From Eledone cirrhosa (Eukaryota): a stretch of 64,000 nt of DNA. The notes below the pieces were generated by a model. That model saw only the letters and a program-made list of their open reading frames with translations, was not told the DNA's origin and made no database searches. The position numbers were made by a program, and so were the translations under genes. The stretch covers positions 356,562,001-356,626,000 of the forward strand of contig OZ024743.1 in NCBI GenBank assembly GCA_964016885.1. Reading direction: 5' to 3'. How positions within the stretch are numbered: position 1 is the stretch's first letter; every line of letters starts with the position of its first letter. Below are positions 52,881 to 64,000 of this stretch, one piece after another.

Positions 52881-53053
52881 TTTATAGTTCTACTATCTCA
52901 AATTAGTACCATCGAACAACAATTATATTATAGACACCCTATATATCTCTATGCGTACTTAGTACCCAGAGAGATATTTACCTTATTTTATATATATATA
53001 TATATATATATATGTCGTTTCTGAATTTGTTTAGCATGACCCTCCCAAAGTGT

Positions 53054-53142
<89 letters not shown>

Positions 53143-53457
53143 TGGATAGATATATAGATGGATAGACACACACAGATATATATATATATATAAAAAGATC
53201 GATAGATGTATATATACAGATTTTTACACATATACATATATTTATATATGTAAACTTATATACATACATACATACATATACATATATACATACATACATA
53301 CATACATATACATATATACATACATACATATATATATATATACATATATACATACATACATATATATAATATACATATATACATAATACATATACATACA
53401 TACATATATATATATACATATATACATACATACATATATATATATACATATATACAT

Positions 53458-53775
53458 GGTGGCTGCCAACTCGTTTTCGAGTACGGCCACTACTTTATAT
53501 CCATGTAGGAGAACCCCTACCGATGCGCTAAACAAGTGTGACTTTTAGTCCAGCCAGCGACTTGAAAACTCTGGTACAAACACTACACCTGTGACAATTA
53601 TTGACACAGTGTTGGGGCCTTGGTACCATGTGACGACAAGTGTAGAGAGATCTCCAGATATAAAGCAATGCCTGTGCCGTGAAGCTTTTATAGTGAGCAA
53701 AGGCACTGCACAAAGCCAGTCCCACTCTCTTAACCCGAGTTGATATTTACCAAAAAGGAAGAAGTAAGTCAACAT
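53458..53775 (-). mobile_element. Non-autonomous RTE derivative, copy 2 (5'-truncated)
   Basis: Encodes [17 protein letters not shown]; same 3' end as the other copies. Confidence 0.82.
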
Positions 53776-57965
<4,190 letters not shown>

Positions 57966-58065
57966 TAACGAAGGAAATGTGGTAAGGAACCATGTGGACC
58001 ATAACGCACCAAAGTACTCAATACTTGAGGTAGTAGAGTGGGTCTTACTGGGGTCTTACTGGTTC
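57966..58065. repeat. Short dispersed element, second copy at 60750-60868
   Basis: TAACGAAGGAAATGTGGTAAGGAACCA...GGGTCTTACTGGTTC with the same ends in both copies. Confidence 0.8.
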
Positions 58066-58066
58066 C

Positions 58067-58100
<34 letters not shown>

Positions 58101-58220
58101 GAATTTACACATATATATATATATGAATTTACATATATACACACAAACATACATATATATTTATAGATATATATACATATATATATTTACATACAAATAT
58201 TTATGCATATATATATATAC

Positions 58221-58272
<52 letters not shown>

Positions 58273-58575
58273 GGACACACGTTATAAAATAATTAAAGAT
58301 TTTCCCGAGAGGAATGAAAGAGCACCACAGTTAAATAAGGTACTCAATACATATTTGATGATTTCAAATGTATGCAACAATGTTCGTCCTGTAGAAGTCC
58401 TTTCACTATGAAATTATATATATGTATATATATATATAATATATATACGCACACGTTCACACACATATGTGTGTGAGCGTGTCTATGTATGTGTCCGTAA
58501 TTTTTTGTTGGACTAAGACAACGTTAAGTATAATAGTAGTGTATATGAAAGTATATATATATATTATATTTTATG

Positions 58576-58636
<61 letters not shown>

Positions 58637-58897
58637 GTATTATATTTTATGTATACATATACATATATATATATATTATATTTTATGTATACATATATAT
58701 ATTTATATATATTATATTTTATGTATATATATATTATATATATATTATATTTTATGTATACATATATATATTATATTTTATGTATACATATACATATATA
58801 TATCTTATATTTTATGTATACATATATATATATTATATTTTACGTATACATATACATATATATATATTTTATGTATATATATATATTATATTTTATG

Positions 58898-58936
<39 letters not shown>

Positions 58937-59371
58937 GTATGTATACATATATATATATATGTATACATAAAATATAATATATATATATATATATTATATT
59001 TTATGTATACATATATATATTATATATTATATTTCATGTATAAATATATATATATATATATATTATATTTTATGTATACATATATATAGTATATATATAG
59101 TATATATATTTTATGTATATCTATATAGTATATATATTTTATGTATATATATATATATATTATATTTTATGTATATATATATTATATTTTATGTATAAAT
59201 ATACATATATATTATATTTTATGTATACATATACATATATGTATTATATTTTATGTATACATATATATATATATTTTACGTATATATGTATATTTTTAAT
59301 GTATATATATATTTTATGTATATATATATATATATATATTTTATGTATATATATATATTTTATGTATATAT

Positions 59372-59580
59372 ATCATCATCATCATCATTTTACGTCCGCT
59401 CTTCCCTGCTGGCAAGGGTTAGACGGGTCCTAGTCCTATTCAACACAGCATCTCTCCACTCGTCACGGTCCTTCGTCATCTCCACCGTGAGCTTCAACGA
59501 TCTGAGGTCTGTTCTCACCACCTCCGCCCATGTTTTTCGTGGTCTACCTCTACCACGTCTTACTTCAACTGGCATTTCCA

Positions 59581-59581
<1 letters not shown>
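59372..59581 (-). mobile_element. 3' end of a further RTE family (ORF runs to the tail)
   Basis: RGRGRPRKTW.EVV..DL..RDEWR..LTLASREERT* immediately followed by (ATG)n. Confidence 0.88.
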
Positions 59582-59611
<30 letters not shown>

Positions 59612-59932
59612 TATGTATACATATATTTTATGTATATATATATATATTTTATGTATACATATATTTTATGTATATATATATATATATATATTTTATGTAT
59701 ACATATATTTTATGTATATATATATATATATATATTTTAAGTATACATATATTTTATGTATATATATACTTTATGTATACATATATTTTATGTATATATA
59801 TACTTTATGTATACATATATTTTATGTATATATATACTTTATGTATACATATATATATATATAATCATCATCATCGTTTAACGTCCATCTTCCACGCTAG
59901 CAATGGTTAGAGTTTTGTTATATATATATATA

Positions 59933-59963
<31 letters not shown>

Positions 59964-60715
59964 ACATACATACAACACCGTTTGTGTTAGTGTATGCAGT
60001 GCCAAATAACTCATAAAGAAACTACCATTCATTAGAACCTAAAAGTTCTAAGTAAATATAGAGACTTGGATGGAAGACGAATTTATAAAATTTTGAGATT
60101 GAACAAGGGTTAAAATATGAATACGCTTATCAGATGTGAAACGACGAAAAGGGGTGGAACCAGTTATAGAAACTTTACTAATAGTAGAGAAGTGGTAGGG
60201 GAAGGGGAATGAAATTTTGCAGATACACATATTGAGAATAGAGAAGAAAAAAAAAAGTCCTCTCTGCTGTTACTACTACCACAGCCACCACCTCCTACTA
60301 CTGTTTATACCATTACTTCCAAATCTCCGCCTCTTCTCTACTAAAACTACTACAAAACGTTTAGAGCCACACCCACTGTTATGACAAATCAACAGGCATT
60401 GGAGAAGTGAGAAGGGGAGGGGGAGAAGGAGGATTATTTATAGTTTTACATAGACTTGACACTTGTCTTGTTTTTTTAAAGGTACGTGTGGGAATCTTGA
60501 ACGTCATAGCTTTCTGTCTCATTCTTATTTAACTACGTTACTGAAACAATGTGTGAACATGTATATGTTTATATGTTATAGAGAGTATGTACGTTATGTG
60601 TGTACATGTATGTATGCATATACAAACATAGTTACATGTGTGTGTGTGTGTGTGTATATATACACACAAACGTGTATATATATATATAAATATATATACA
60701 CGTTTGGGGTTTGGG

Positions 60716-60751
<36 letters not shown>

Positions 60752-60868
60752 ACGAAGGAAATGTGGTAAGGAACCAGGTGGACCATAACGCACCAAAGTA
60801 CTCAATACTTGAGGTAGTAGAGAGCCGTCGAAACGGCTTGAGCTCAGCTGTCGGGGTCTTACTGGTTC

Positions 60869-60903
<35 letters not shown>

Positions 60904-61044
60904 AACGTGTGTATATATATAAATGTATATACACGTGTTTGTATGTATGCATGTGTATATATATATACATATATATATATATACACACACAAACGTGTAT
61001 ATATATATACATACATACATACAAACGTGAATATATATATATAT

Positions 61045-61370
61045 GGTGGCTGCCAACTCGTTTTCGAGTACGGCCACTACTTTATATCCATATAGGAGAA
61101 CCCCTACCGATGCGCCGAACGGGTGTGACTTTTTAGTCCAGCCAGCGACTTGAAAACTCTGGAACAAACACTACACTTGTGACAATTATTGACACATAGT
61201 GCTGGGCCCATGGTACCATGTGACGACAAGTGCAGAGAGATCTCCAGATATAAAGCAATGCCTGTGCCGTGAAGCTTTTATAGTGAGCAAAGGCACTGCA
61301 CAAAGCCAGTCCCACTCTCTTAACCAAGATGATATTTACCAAAAAGAAGAACAAGTCAACATCATTGGAT
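61045..61370 (-). mobile_element. Non-autonomous RTE derivative, copy 3
   Basis: Homology to the other copies. Confidence 0.85.
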
Positions 61371-61430
61371 ATATATATATATACATACATACATACATAC
61401 AAACGTGAATATATATATATATATATACAT

Positions 61431-61836
61431 GGTGGCTGCCAACTCGTTTTCGAGTATGGCCACTACTTTACATCCATGTAGGAGAACTACCAATGCGCTG
61501 AACGAGTGTGACCTCCCAGTCCAGCCAGCGACTCGAAAACTCTGGTACAAACACTACACCCGTGACAATCATTGACACATAGTGCTGGGCCCATGGCACC
61601 ATGCGACGACAAGTGCAGAGAGATCTCCAGATATAAAGCAATGCCTGTGCTGTGAAGCTTTTATAGTGAGCAAAGGCACTGCACAAAGCCAGTCCCACTC
61701 TCTTAACCAAGATGATATTTACCAAAAAGAAGAACAATTCAACATCATTGGATACCATCAGGGTTGAAGGTGTTATATCAGAGTTTTCCTTCTCCTAGAA
61801 TTCTGCCTTGACAAAGGCTAAGGGGTCATCTCTCCC
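61431..61836 (-). mobile_element. Non-autonomous RTE derivative, copy 4 (406 bp, probably full length)
   Basis: Minus strand begins GGGAGAGATGACCCCTTAGCCTTTGTCAAGGCAGAATTCTAGGAGAAGGAAAACTC. Confidence 0.85.
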
Positions 61837-61892
61837 ATATATACATATATATATATATATATACATATACATACATATATACATATATATAT

Positions 61893-61923
<31 letters not shown>

Positions 61924-62290
61924 CATATACATACATATATATATATATATACATACATATATATATATATATATATACATACATACATATATATATATAC
62001 ATACATACATACATATATATATATACATACATACATATATATATATATATACATACATACATACATATATATATATACATACATACATACATATACATAC
62101 ATACATACATATATATATATACATACATACACACATATATATATAAATATATATACATACATATATATATATATATACATATATACATACATATATATAT
62201 ATATATATACATATATACATACATACATATATATATATATACATATATACATACATACATATATATATATATACATATATACATACATAC

Positions 62291-62337
<47 letters not shown>

Positions 62338-62350
62338 CATATATATATAC

Positions 62351-62427
<77 letters not shown>

Positions 62428-62444
62428 CATATATACATACATAT

Positions 62445-62475
<31 letters not shown>

Positions 62476-62533
62476 CATACATACATATATATATATATAC
62501 ATATATACATACATATATATATATATACATACA

Positions 62534-62587
<54 letters not shown>

Positions 62588-62596
62588 CATACATAT

Positions 62597-62627
<31 letters not shown>

Positions 62628-62678
62628 CATATATACATATATATACATACATATACATACATATATATATACATACAT

Positions 62679-62711
<33 letters not shown>

Positions 62712-62748
62712 CATACATATATATATACATACATATATATATATATAT

Positions 62749-62779
<31 letters not shown>

Positions 62780-62870
62780 CATATACATACACATATATAC
62801 ATACATACATATACATATATATACATACATATATATACATATATACATATATATACATATATATACATAT

Positions 62871-63256
62871 GGTGGCTGCCAACTCGTTTTCGAGTACGGC
62901 CACTACTTTATATCCATGTAGGAGAACCCCTACCGATGCGCTGAACGAGTGTGACTTTTCAGTCCAGCCAGCGACTTGAAAACTCTGCTACAAACACTAC
63001 ACTTGTGACAATGATTGACACACAGTGCTGGGCCCATGGTACCATGTGACGACAAGTGCAGAGAGATCTCCAGATATAAAGCAATGCCTGTGCCGTGAAG
63101 CTTTTATAGTGAGCAAAGGCACTGCACAAAGCCAGTCCCACTCTCTTAACCAAGATGATATTTACCAAAAAGAAGAACAAGTCAACATCATTGGATACCA
63201 TCAGGGTTGCAGGTGTTATATCAGAGTTTTCCTTCTCCTAGAATTCTGCCTTGACA
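62871..63256 (-). mobile_element. Non-autonomous RTE derivative, copy 5
   Basis: Intact C2H2 coding [25 protein letters not shown] at 63007-62930. Confidence 0.85.
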
Positions 63257-63392
63257 TACATACATACATACAAACGTGAATATATATATATATATACATA
63301 CAAATGTGTATATATATGTATACATACAAATGTGTATATATATGTATATATATACATACAAACGTGTATATATATATATATATACAGACATG

Positions 63393-63431
<39 letters not shown>

Positions 63432-63512
63432 ATATATACAAGCATATATATATATATATATACATACATACATACATACAAACGTGTGTGTGAGTGTGTA
63501 TATATATCTATA

Positions 63513-64000
63513 TGTCATAGATAACTTTCTTTTTATTTGCCACCAGGGCATCAAAGAGTGGGACAAGTACAATGGGGGGAGTTTACATAACAAGGCGTCC
63601 TCAATAAGGAGGAGGCAATAACAAAATATAAAAATATAAAATATAACAAAAATAAATTGAATAACAAAATCCTCAATAGGGAGGAGGCGCCTTGTGGGGT
63701 CGCACACACCCCCGAAAAAAGTGTGCAACCCTTCTCCTCAGGAGCACAGAGACAGGGTTCTCCCTTGATTTTTCATCTTCCTCACCTACAGTCTGATGTA
63801 GAGTGAAGGCCCATTCACACGGGCCATTCTCGCCACTTTCACCCATCTTTCCTAAAAACGGCTCGAGTGCAGCACCTCTCTCTCCATCCTGATCCTTCTT
63901 CCGAAATGATATCGGAAGAAACGGACGAGTTGTTGGCCAGAGAGAAAGGTGTCTGACCTCAGTCCTTTCAGACGCGTCGACCATAAAACCTCTTTCGCCA
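63513..64000 (-). mobile_element. L1/Tx1-like LINE 3' end (continues beyond the window)
   Basis: Frame 63998-63786 reads AKEVLWSTRLKG...RF*ERWVK...RL*, resembling an L1/Tx1 ORF2 C-terminus. T-rich 3' UTR and AATAAAAAGAAA end. Confidence 0.62.

Noticed and set aside
63673-63984. 103-aa minus ORF
   Set aside because: Alternative frame of the L1/Tx1-like ORF2 end and UTR.

Overview
AT-rich animal genomic DNA, intergenic or intronic, with no supportable host gene. The SINE/LINE repertoire and the extreme (TA)n/(CA)n load suggest a cephalopod (Octopus-like); this is an inference. The window is a mosaic of several RTE-clade LINE families with (GAT)n tails (one young family has a PHD-type finger inside the RT region), tRNA/CORE-type SINEs sharing RTE 3' ends, an (ATT)n-tailed SINE, and a ~400-bp non-autonomous RTE derivative in 5 copies. 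It also holds CR1 and L1/Tx1 3' ends, a full-length but dead piggyBac with related MITEs, a Tc1 (DD34E), a maT-type mariner (DD37D) and a Helitron helicase relic missed by the ORF track. Almost all long 'YIYI' ORFs are microsatellite artefacts. Main observations: (1) a 645-bp palindrome whose origin can be reconstructed from an empty-site paralog 3 kb away, pointing to SINE insertion followed by fold-back copying of the flank; (2) several minimal type-I hammerhead ribozyme motifs and inverted-repeat mini-inserts of Penelope type within TA arrays; (3) a covarying hairpin/pseudoknot module shared by SINE bodies and LINE 3' UTRs; (4) retroelements stacked inside microsatellites.
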